From an uncultured Elusimicrobium sp. (GTDB lineage: Bacteria > Elusimicrobiota > Elusimicrobia > Elusimicrobiales > Elusimicrobiaceae), in the NCBI GenBank assembly GCA_902794125.1, contig CADBFX010000002.1, positions 6,272 to 70,271 of the forward strand: 64,000 nucleotides of DNA, written 5' to 3'. Shown here piece after piece: positions 9,473 to 17,500 of this stretch. The number at the start of each line of letters is the position of its first letter. Position 1 is the first letter of the stretch. Both the position numbers and the translations under genes were made by a program. The notes under the pieces were generated by a model. The model was given only the letters and a program-made list of their open reading frames with translations. It was not told where the DNA came from and did no database searches.

Positions 9473-11371
9473 TTATTTTAAATAATCTGCCATATTGACT
9501 TCTTGCGGAGCAACAGTGGCTACTTTAGCAGGGGTTTTCGTCGTGGAAACACGTCTGCGTTGTTGTGCCGCTTTTTGGCGTTGGGCTGCTTGAGCCTTGG
9601 CTTTGCTGGTTGTTTGCTTTGCTTGATTGGTTGCCTTGGTAGCAGTTGCCTTGGCCTTGGTGGCAGTGGCCTGAACCTTGGTGGCGGATTGATTCGCCTG
9701 TGTTGTGGCTACGCCCATTTCTTGATTCAAGCGTTGATTCATCTCTTGCTGCAAGGCGGCTTCTTTTTGTGCCTTGGCTGCTTCTAATTGTTGTTGAAGT
9801 GCTAAAATCTCCGGATCGTTTTCCAATGCTGCAGAACGGGTTTGATATTCAGCTTCCAACTGCGAGCGTACGGCTTGCTCTTTAGCTTGTTGTTCTTCTT
9901 TCAAGCGGTTGGCTTCAGCATTTTTTAATTGTTCCAACGCGGCTTCTTGCTGGGCTAATTGTTCTTCCAACGACAGCATTTCGGCTTGTTTCTTTTTCTC
10001 TAACGTTACGGCTTGTTGGTATGCGGCGGCCCGTTTTACTCCCAACACCTTGGCAGTAGCGGACTGCGGCAACGTAGCTTCCGTCAACGTGAACACGTTG
10101 TCACCTGCGTTATTAACGGCTGTCAAATCGGCTCCTTGTTGGATGAGCAGTAACGCAGCGCGGTCGTTTTTGGCTTTAACCGCGTTCATCACCGGGGTGT
10201 TGTAAGCAATATCCCGTTGGTCAATGTTGGCACCGGCCGCGAGTAATTTTTTAGCGGCTTGTGCATCTTCGGAATAGGTGCTGTACGTTAAGGCGGAGCG
10301 TCCTTGCGAATCGGTCAAGTTAACGTTAATATCTTTTTGGCGCAGCAAGATAGCCAAACATTCTTCTCTGTTTTTGGCGGCTGCATGCATAAGCGGCGTA
10401 ACGCCGTTATTGTCTTGCGCGTTAATATTTGCGCCTAAGGAAATCAAAGAGCGGAGGGCTTCCGGCTGGTTTTGTTCTACGGCGTAGAAAATCGGTGTCC
10501 GGCCGACTATGTCCGGGAATTCAATGGCGTTTTTATCGTTTTTAGCCAAGGCCCGCAAAATATTTACATGGCCTTCTGCGGCCGCTACATCTACGGCGGA
10601 AATGCCGGACGTCGGGTTGCGGTAATCGGCTTTAGCACCGTTGGCAAGTAACAAACGGACGTTTGTCAAATAACCTTTTTGAGCCGCATAAATAAGCGGT
10701 GTATTTCCCGCATTGTCCGGTAAAAACATGGGACGGGCATCTTTTTTAATTAGGTTATTGACCGTTTTGGGAATATCAAACGTAACGGCGTAAGTAAGAG
10801 CAGTTTTACCTAAATCGTCTTGGGCTATGGCATCGGCCCCTTTGGTAAGAAGGTAATCAACAACTTGGCTGTTGCCGGCGGCCGCGGCGGCGATTAGCGG
10901 CGTAACCCCATAACTTGATTTTTCGTTAACTAAGGCTTTGCCGTCTTCCACTAACATTTGGATGATGTCCATATTGCCTCTTTCGGCAGCTACGGTTAAC
11001 GGCGTGATACCCGCATAATTTTTTTCATCTACGTTTACATGGATGTACATTAAGGTGCGTACGCGGTCCACATCATCCAATTTAATAGCACGAATTAAAG
11101 AAGTGTCATACACATATTTTTTGGTGGCACGCTGTTGATCGGCGCCGAGTTGTTTGCCTTCATATTTTTTTTGTTCCGCACCAAAAAGTGTACCGCGGTA
11201 AATGTCCCCTAAATCTTGAGTGGCTTGCTCTGTAATTCCGGCTACGGCAGAACGCGAAGCCCTTTCCCCCAACACAACCCCTTCATAACTTTTATAATTA
11301 TCTTGTTGGGCAATTGCCGGTGTGGCGGCAAGAAGTACTAATACAAAAATTAAGTTTCCTTTTTTTATCAT
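9473..11371 (-). CDS. exported ankyrin-repeat protein with coiled-coil and Ala/Thr/Lys-rich C-terminus
   Basis: Signal peptide; about 10-11 repeats of G.TPL..AA..G; Q/E-rich heptads; low-complexity tail. Confidence 0.9.
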   Translation of the reverse strand: MIKKGNLIFVLVLLAATPAIAQQDNYKSYEGVVLGERASRSAVAGITEQATQDLGDIYRGTLFGAEQKKYEGKQLGADQQRATKKYVYDTSLIRAIKLDDVDRVRTLMYIHVNVDEKNYAGITPLTVAAERGNMDIIQMLVEDGKALVNEKSSYGVTPLIAAAAAGNSQVVDYLLTKGADAIAQDDLGKTALTYAVTFDIPKTVNNLIKKDARPMFLPDNAGNTPLIYAAQKGYLTNVRLLLANGAKADYRNPTSGISAVDVAAAEGHVNILRALAKNDKNAIEFPDIVGRTPIFYAVEQNQPEALRSLISLGANINAQDNNGVTPLMHAAAKNREECLAILLRQKDINVNLTDSQGRSALTYSTYSEDAQAAKKLLAAGANIDQRDIAYNTPVMNAVKAKNDRAALLLIQQGADLTAVNNAGDNVFTLTEATLPQSATAKVLGVKRAAAYQQAVTLEKKKQAEMLSLEEQLAQQEAALEQLKNAEANRLKEEQQAKEQAVRSQLEAEYQTRSAALENDPEILALQQQLEAAKAQKEAALQQEMNQRLNQEMGVATTQANQSATKVQATATKAKATATKATNQAKQTTSKAKAQAAQRQKAAQQRRRVSTTKTPAKVATVAPQEVNMADYLK

Positions 11372-11490
11372 AAAATTCCTCCAACTTATTATATTATAGC
11401 AAGAGAGAATATATTTTTTGTAAAAATTTTAACAAATAAATAATCCAAAAAGGTTAACCAGAAAATAAACATTTATTTTACTATAAGGGC

Positions 11491-11519
11491 TTGCTTTTTT
11501 AGTTTGCACTATGTATCAT
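11491..11519 (+). promoter_or_regulatory. sigma70-type promoter of the candidate sRNA
   Basis: TTGCTT-17 bp-TATCAT with no plus-strand ORF downstream. Confidence 0.6.
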
Positions 11520-11525
11520 AAAGTT

Positions 11526-11628
11526 ATAAGCAGGTGCTTAAATAATTTTATCCCCCAGAACCTTTCGATTTACCCCCCGAAATGGTTCTGAAAAAAAGAG
11601 CAGGGAACATCCCCCTGCTCTTTCGTTT
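11526..11628 (+). ncRNA. candidate small RNA with C-rich loops
   Basis: Upstream promoter; hairpins at 11556-11590 and 11595-11623, the second followed by a T-rich tail; three CCCCC tracts. Confidence 0.55.
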
Positions 11629-11630
11629 GT

Positions 11631-11657
11631 AAAAAACCCCGGCGGTTAAGCCGGGGT
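11631..11657 (-). terminator. terminator of 11689-12909
   Basis: AAAAAACCCCGGC-GGTTAA-GCCGGGGT; U-tract on the minus strand. Confidence 0.75.
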
Positions 11658-11688
11658 GGATAGAGGAAGTACTACAGACAACATTTGT

Positions 11689-12909
11689 TTATTCAGCCCG
11701 TAAGACGGGGATGTTTTCTCTAATCTTAAGGAATTTCTTCAAATCCCCTAATTCATCGTGTGCTAATGCTTGTTTGAGTATATTGTTCTTGTTAAATAAT
11801 TCCAAGAACTGTTGCATATCTACGTCCAGGACCCAATCCAAACCGTCAAAGGATATTTCAACGGGAAATACTTTTTCAACCACTTGATAGGTTGCTACAT
11901 TTTCTTGAATCGCCATGTAGTACATATATCTTTGTACTTCCGCAAACGCTTCAAACGAGTAGAAGCTCTGGGCCTCTGCCATGCTTTGGAAATTACCTCT
12001 CTTAGGCATCACCAATTTACCCTCTCCATCAAGCCAGTTAAACTGTTGAGCACGAATTTTGAATAATTCGCCTAATTGGTCAAACGCTTCTAAGTTCAGT
12101 AACGCACGTACGGCCACATAGTCAGTAAGTGCCACATATCCTAACGGTATATCTTTGGCAACTTCTACAATCTTGGCCGCATCTTCTTCCAGCGTACCAA
12201 AAATTCCCAAATTGGTCATACCGTTCATAACGTTTCCCCAATCGTTAAGAGAAAGTGTGGTATATCCATTTTCACGGAATAATAAAGCAACATCTAATGG
12301 ACGTCTGTTGGCTAAACGAATTTCTTTTAAATCGGCCAACGTCATTTGCCCATGGTTAAGAGCTACTAACTCGGGAATTTCTTGGCGAAACATATCAGCT
12401 GCAGCGCCCATAAACGAATGAGAATCATATTTGTAACCGCGGGTCAGCGATTTAATTTCTTTGGTGGCCTTTGCATTTGCGGCGCTCGGCGTGCGCATTA
12501 AGGACCCGATTCTTGCAGCTTCCATTTCGGCCGCTTGCGCTTGCATCGCCGCAATTTGGGCGGGTACTTCCGGAATCTGTACCGGTTGCGTTAAATATAC
12601 TTTCCCCGCTTCAATTCGATATGGAGGAATCATTCCAGTGGGCGTGGCCATATTGATGCGAATTGCTTGTGCAGGCGTCATGTTAGGTACATAACCTGGT
12701 AAGGCGCTGACTTTCCCGGCAACAACCGCGGCGTGGGTGGCGGCTTGTACACTAGCTTGAATGGCAGCATTTGTTGCCTGCGTGGCAGCAACTGTTCCAG
12801 TCTTTAAACCGTTCACGCCAACTTCTACAATTGCACTTTGTGCATGGGCCGTTGCAAAAGGAAAGGCTACTGCTGCTAACGTCCCCAGGTATTTGATTGC
12901 GTTGTTCAT
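11689..12909 (-). CDS. secreted hypothetical protein (orphan; operator-controlled set)
   Basis: GGAGG SD, signal peptide ending AHA-Q, Ala-rich N-terminus; no family recognised. Confidence 0.8.
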   Translation of the reverse strand: MNNAIKYLGTLAAVAFPFATAHAQSAIVEVGVNGLKTGTVAATQATNAAIQASVQAATHAAVVAGKVSALPGYVPNMTPAQAIRINMATPTGMIPPYRIEAGKVYLTQPVQIPEVPAQIAAMQAQAAEMEAARIGSLMRTPSAANAKATKEIKSLTRGYKYDSHSFMGAAADMFRQEIPELVALNHGQMTLADLKEIRLANRRPLDVALLFRENGYTTLSLNDWGNVMNGMTNLGIFGTLEEDAAKIVEVAKDIPLGYVALTDYVAVRALLNLEAFDQLGELFKIRAQQFNWLDGEGKLVMPKRGNFQSMAEAQSFYSFEAFAEVQRYMYYMAIQENVATYQVVEKVFPVEISFDGLDWVLDVDMQQFLELFNKNNILKQALAHDELGDLKKFLKIRENIPVLRAE

Positions 12910-12940
12910 ACGTCCTCCTCTATCTCTATCCTTCTTTTTA

Positions 12941-13008
12941 ATTATGGGTAAGCGGACATCATAAAACCAGGGCCATTGGGCCTAAATAAAAAATAGGTCC
13001 AGGCCCAG
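12941..13008 (-). promoter_or_regulatory. promoter with TAGG-N9-CCT operator (site 1)
   Basis: Minus strand TAGGCCCAATGGCCCTG (12968-12984), 21 bp, then CATAAT (12941-12946). A second related site starts at 12994. Confidence 0.7.
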
Positions 13009-13036
13009 CTTTTCCAAAGTTGTACTGCCAGTCCAC

Positions 13037-13295
13037 AAAAAAAGCCCCTGCCAAGGCAGAGGCTTCAAAAGAAATCTAAATACTCTTACAGATGAGTCGC
13101 GCTGACCGGGCAGGTTCCTGCTTGGCTGAACATCCTGCCCCGGCATTATCCCTATTAAAACGCAGTAGTTGCGTTGGGGGCAGATGCGTTGCCGGCTTGT
13201 AACCCGCTATAAAAAAAGCCCCTGCCAAGGCAGAGGCTTCAAAAGAAATCTAAATACTCTTACAGAGCAATCGCGCTGACCGGGCAGGTTCCTGC
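13037..13295. repeat. 85-bp direct repeat: ferredoxin 3' end plus terminator
   Basis: 13037-13121 versus 13211-13295, with 3 mismatches (TGAG vs GCAA). Confidence 0.95.
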
Positions 13296-13430
13296 ACAGG
13301 CACCGCATTCAATGCATTTAGAAGCGTCAATGTTTCTTTTTCCATCTACTTCGCTGATAGCACCCACCGGGCAGTTGCCTTCGCAAGCGCCACAGTTAAT
13401 GCAAACTTCCGGATTTACTTTGTAGGCCAT
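13260..13430 (-). CDS. 2[4Fe-4S] ferredoxin, 56 aa
   Basis: Below the ORF-track cut-off. MAYKVNPEVCINCGACEGNCPVGAISEVDGKRNIDASKCIECGACAGTCPVSAIAL, with two CxxCxxCxxxCP motifs and a GGAGAG SD. Confidence 0.97.
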   Translation of the reverse strand: MAYKVNPEVCINCGACEGNCPVGAISEVDGKRNIDASKCIECGACAGTCPVSAIAL

Positions 13431-13567
13431 AGTTCTCTCCTATACGTATGAATTACTACATAAATTATATCAAAAAAGGCAAATAAACGGAATTTACGAC
13501 GATACAAAGAAGTTGCGGCAACGAACAGGTTTTGGTAAAATATAAAAGTAAGGAAAAACTAACTTTT

Positions 13568-15628
13568 ATGGAAAAAGATAATCTTCGTTCTCTCTATCAA
13601 TTAAAACCCGGTACCGTAGCCCAAATTAAAGAAGTGCAGGCCGATGCACCGCAAGCCGCTAAATTAGCTGCTATGGGTATTGTACGCGGGCAGTTTATTA
13701 CGCGAAAACCCGGCTCTCATCCCGTTGTGGTGCACGTTTCCGGAACAGACGTGGCCATGGGGCGTGCTACGGCTAAACAGATTTTTGTAACCGCGGTGGA
13801 TTTATTGCCCGCGCAAGAAACCGCTTTATTACCTACGCAAGAAAATGTACTGCCGGCCGAAGAAACTCACCCGGATTTGTCCCACGCGGATGCTAAAAAA
13901 ATGTTAGCTACGGCGCAAAAAAATATTTTCCTTTTGGCAGGTAACCCCAATGTGGGTAAGAGTTTAATTTTTTCCCGTTTAACCGGAATCGGAATTATTT
14001 CTTCTAATTTCCCTGGCACCACCGTTGGCCTTAATTACGGCAAAACGCAATTTGCCAACCATACATATGACATTATTGATATTCCCGGTTTGTACCGCAT
14101 GGAAGAAGAGTGGTTAATTGAAGGGAAAAAACGCAATTTATTTAAAGAATTAGAATATGATTTTATTGTATGCGTGGCGGATGCTTCGCATTTGGAGCGC
14201 AACTTATATTTCCTGTTGGAAATGATGCAGTTGCAAAAGCCGATTATTCTACTTCTTAACAAATTTGATAATGCACAACGCCGCGGTATTCATATTGACG
14301 TAAAGAAATTATCAAAACTGTTGGGCGTGCCGGTAATTCCGGCGGTGGCCACTACCGGGGAAGGGTTAAAAGAATTATCCGAAGTGGCCGTTAAATTAAC
14401 CCGTTCCCACACGCGTCATTCCTTAGCAGTTCCCCCCACCCCCGAAGAAAAATGGAAAGAAATTGGACGTATTATTCGCGAAGTGCAAACCGTAAAGCAC
14501 AAACATCCTTCTATTTGGGAACAATTACAGCGTGTGGCAACCAACCCGCTTACGGGCCTGCCGCTGGCGTTGTGTGTGCTAGTAGCGTCTTTCTTCTTAG
14601 TGCGGTGGGTCGGCGAGAGCATTATTAATTTTATGGACCCGTTGTACGAGAATTATTATTTCCCGTTCATGGAGCGTTTATTTGGAACTTGGCGGGATAC
14701 ACCTATCGGTATGATTTTGCTGGGAGACGGCGGCGTCAACTATTTTGGCGTATTGACCGACGGGTTAAAAATCGCCCTGGTGGATGTGATGTCCTACGTA
14801 TTAGCCTTTTATGCATTGTTCGGCTTTTTGGGCGAATTGGGATATCTGCCGCGCTTGGCGGTGCTTTTGGATAGTATTTTGCATAGAATTGGTTTACACG
14901 GATACGGCTCTTTACCAATTATGCTGGGTTTTGGTTGTAAAGTTCCGGCTGTTATGGGGGTGCGTGTGTTGGAAACACGGCGTGAGCGGGTGATTGCGCT
15001 AGCCCTTATTTTGGTGTTGGCTCCATGTATTTCTCAAACGGCTATGATTATTTCTATTTTGTCCCCCCACGGTTTAAAATATATGCTTATGGTGTTTGGC
15101 GTACTCGTCTTAAACGGAATTATCGTGGGGACGCTTTTAAATAAACTAATGAAAGGTGAAACGCCGGAACTGTTTATGGAAATTCCCTCCTGGCAAGTAC
15201 CTCAGTGGCGGCCGCTGGGACGTAAATTGTGGATTCGCATGAAGGAGTATTTGAGCGATGCGTTGCCTCTTATTTTGGTAGGGGTCCTTTTTGTAGATTT
15301 AATGACTTTATCGGGCGTTACCGATTTTATTACAAAACTGTCGCGCTACCCGGTAGAGCATATATTGGGTTTACCCGCCGATACAACGCCCTTACTGATA
15401 TTGGGTTTTTTACGAAAAGACGTGTCTATTGCACTACTGGAACCTTTTAATTTATCGGCTCCGTTACTGGTAGTGGCGTGTGTGTTTATGAGTATGTATT
15501 TGCCGTGTATCGCTACATTTTTTGTAATGTTGCGGGAGAGCGGTTGGAAGGATACGCTTAAAGTAATAAGTTTGACGTTATGCTTAGCTACTTGTTCGGC
15601 GTATGTGTTGCGGTTGATTTTACTATAA
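13568..15628 (+). CDS. feoB: ferrous iron transporter, FeoA-FeoB fusion
   Basis: N-terminal FeoA-like segment (LYQLKPG...KLAAMGI...VAMGRATAKQIFV); GTPase motifs GNPNVGKS, NFPGTTV, DIPG and NKFD; gate motifs GFGC, PC and YLPCIA. Confidence 0.93.
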   Translation: MEKDNLRSLYQLKPGTVAQIKEVQADAPQAAKLAAMGIVRGQFITRKPGSHPVVVHVSGTDVAMGRATAKQIFVTAVDLLPAQETALLPTQENVLPAEETHPDLSHADAKKMLATAQKNIFLLAGNPNVGKSLIFSRLTGIGIISSNFPGTTVGLNYGKTQFANHTYDIIDIPGLYRMEEEWLIEGKKRNLFKELEYDFIVCVADASHLERNLYFLLEMMQLQKPIILLLNKFDNAQRRGIHIDVKKLSKLLGVPVIPAVATTGEGLKELSEVAVKLTRSHTRHSLAVPPTPEEKWKEIGRIIREVQTVKHKHPSIWEQLQRVATNPLTGLPLALCVLVASFFLVRWVGESIINFMDPLYENYYFPFMERLFGTWRDTPIGMILLGDGGVNYFGVLTDGLKIALVDVMSYVLAFYALFGFLGELGYLPRLAVLLDSILHRIGLHGYGSLPIMLGFGCKVPAVMGVRVLETRRERVIALALILVLAPCISQTAMIISILSPHGLKYMLMVFGVLVLNGIIVGTLLNKLMKGETPELFMEIPSWQVPQWRPLGRKLWIRMKEYLSDALPLILVGVLFVDLMTLSGVTDFITKLSRYPVEHILGLPADTTPLLILGFLRKDVSIALLEPFNLSAPLLVVACVFMSMYLPCIATFFVMLRESGWKDTLKVISLTLCLATCSAYVLRLILL

Positions 15629-15630
15629 AT

Positions 15631-15663
15631 AAAAAGCGCCGCTTGGATAATAGCGGCGCTTTT
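15631..15663. terminator. bidirectional terminator
   Basis: AAAAAGCGCCGCT...AGCGGCGCTTTT between convergent genes. Confidence 0.85.
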
Positions 15664-15670
15664 AAAATGT

Positions 15671-16135
15671 TTAGTTTTTACTGCCGATACGGCCGATATC
15701 AACCGGAATCGGAATTTCTACCCCCAAGGGGCCTTCAAAATACATCGTGCCGGTTAAGTGATAATCCAACGTGGCACTACCCATGCTGACCAGTCCGAAA
15801 AGTTTATTGCTAAACGTGGACATCGGCACCGTAATAGCGGCTTTGGCGTTTTTGGTTGAGTTGGGTTCTATGCGGATGTCTTTTAATGTAACATCTGCCA
15901 TGTATTCGTCGTTGACGGTCATTTTCCCTTCAAAACGCTTGAGCGAAGCAGTTTGCTGACGGTTATTGTTGGTAATGGCAATCACAACGTCAAAACCAAG
16001 AGAGGAAAGATTATACTCGGTAACTTCTACGCTTCTTAAGGCGAATTTACAATTTGTTAAATTCTGGGCCTCCTGAACGGAAGAACATGCAACCAAGGAG
16101 CAAACAAATAAGAGGGACAATAAAATTTTTTTCAT
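15671..16135 (-). CDS. LEA type 2 / WHy-domain lipoprotein
   Basis: MKKILLSLLFVCSLVA-C lipobox after GGAGG; beta-rich fold signature (CKF, ITNNN, YHLTG). Confidence 0.75.
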   Translation of the reverse strand: MKKILLSLLFVCSLVACSSVQEAQNLTNCKFALRSVEVTEYNLSSLGFDVVIAITNNNRQQTASLKRFEGKMTVNDEYMADVTLKDIRIEPNSTKNAKAAITVPMSTFSNKLFGLVSMGSATLDYHLTGTMYFEGPLGVEIPIPVDIGRIGSKN

Positions 16136-16203
16136 ATAACCTCCGAAGATAAACTTACTTAAATAATTGTATAATAAATAAAGCACTTAGTGGAGAAATA
16201 TCT

Positions 16204-17439
16204 ATGAACCAATTGCAAGAAAAAATTTACAAACGTTTTGTCCGGTACGTAGCGGTGGAAACCACCAGTGATCCGGAAAGTAAATCGGTACCTAGCACGC
16301 CGTCTCAAATTTCGTTTGCCCATACGTTAGCGGCCGAAATGCCCAAAGTAGGTTTTGAACAGGTAGAAGTGGACGAATATGGCATTGTGACCGGGTTACT
16401 CCCCGCTAATACGGATGCTCCGGCCCCTACGATTGGCTTTTTTGCCCACATGGATACGGTATGCGATTATAACGGAGCGGATATTCACCCGGTTTTGCAT
16501 CCCAATTATGATGGCGGCACGTTGACGGTTAATGCCGAAAAACAGATGTTTTTATCCCCCCAAAACGCGCCGGATTTGAAGTTATGTATCGGAGATGATA
16601 TTGTAACAGCCGACGGACATTCGTTATTGGGCGGCGACGATAAAATCGGAATTGCGGTTATTATGTCTTTAGCAGAGTATCTGACGCAACACCCCGAAAT
16701 TAAACACGGCCCGATTAAGGCAGCTTTTACGATTGATGAAGAAACCGGTTCCGGTATTGGTTATTTTGATGTGGAACGCTTTGGTGCTGATTTTGCTTAT
16801 ACGGTAGACGGTGCTGTGTTGGGCGAAATTGATTGTGGTAATTTTAATGCTGACGGTGTGACGATCCGTATTACTGGGCGTTCTTGCCATCCGGGGTCGG
16901 CTAAAGATTTTATGGCCAATCCGGTGCGTATTGCAGCGGATATTATTTCTTCTTGGCCGGAAGATAAACTGCCGGAAACGACCGATAAAGAAGACGGTTT
17001 TATCTTATTTAAAGATATTACCGGTGGCCTTGAAAAAGCGGAAATACAGGGAATTGTGCGCGAGCATAATTTAGAAAAATTTGAAGCATTTAAAAAATTG
17101 CTCTTAGCCGTGGTAGAAGAAAAACGTAAGAAATATCCGGCTGCCAAGATTGAAGTAGAATACAAAGAGCAATACCGCAATATGCGTGATATTTTGCGCG
17201 AACAGCCGCAAGCCATGAATTTGTTGGAGGCGGCATTGAAAGAAAATAAAGTTCCTTACCGCTTGACGCAAGCGCGCGGCGGAACGGACGGTTCGCAATT
17301 GTCGCTTCGCGGATTGCCTACCCCCAACATCTTCGCCGGGTACGAAAACCCACACGGCCCCTATGAATGGCTCAGTTTAACGTGGGCGGAAAAGGCGTTT
17401 CATATTTTAAAAAGCATTGCTACCAATGCAGTAAAATAA
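16204..17439 (+). CDS. pepT: peptidase T (M20 tripeptidase)
   Basis: RFVRYV, PST, AHMDT, LGGDDK, DEE, HPGSAK and RGGTDG motifs. Confidence 0.95.
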   Translation: MNQLQEKIYKRFVRYVAVETTSDPESKSVPSTPSQISFAHTLAAEMPKVGFEQVEVDEYGIVTGLLPANTDAPAPTIGFFAHMDTVCDYNGADIHPVLHPNYDGGTLTVNAEKQMFLSPQNAPDLKLCIGDDIVTADGHSLLGGDDKIGIAVIMSLAEYLTQHPEIKHGPIKAAFTIDEETGSGIGYFDVERFGADFAYTVDGAVLGEIDCGNFNADGVTIRITGRSCHPGSAKDFMANPVRIAADIISSWPEDKLPETTDKEDGFILFKDITGGLEKAEIQGIVREHNLEKFEAFKKLLLAVVEEKRKKYPAAKIEVEYKEQYRNMRDILREQPQAMNLLEAALKENKVPYRLTQARGGTDGSQLSLRGLPTPNIFAGYENPHGPYEWLSLTWAEKAFHILKSIATNAVK

Positions 17440-17452
17440 GAAGAATTGAAAT

Positions 17453-17488
17453 AAAAATACCCCGGTTATAAAACCGGGGTATTTTTTT
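17453..17488. terminator. bidirectional terminator
   Basis: AAAAATACCCCGGTT-ATAA-AACCGGGGTATTTTTTT. Confidence 0.9.
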
Positions 17489-17500
17489 AAATATTTTTTA

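Noticed and set aside
13037-13295. CRISPR-like repeat-spacer-repeat
   Set aside because: Only two 85-bp copies, the repeat is a gene end plus terminator, and there is no cas operon.
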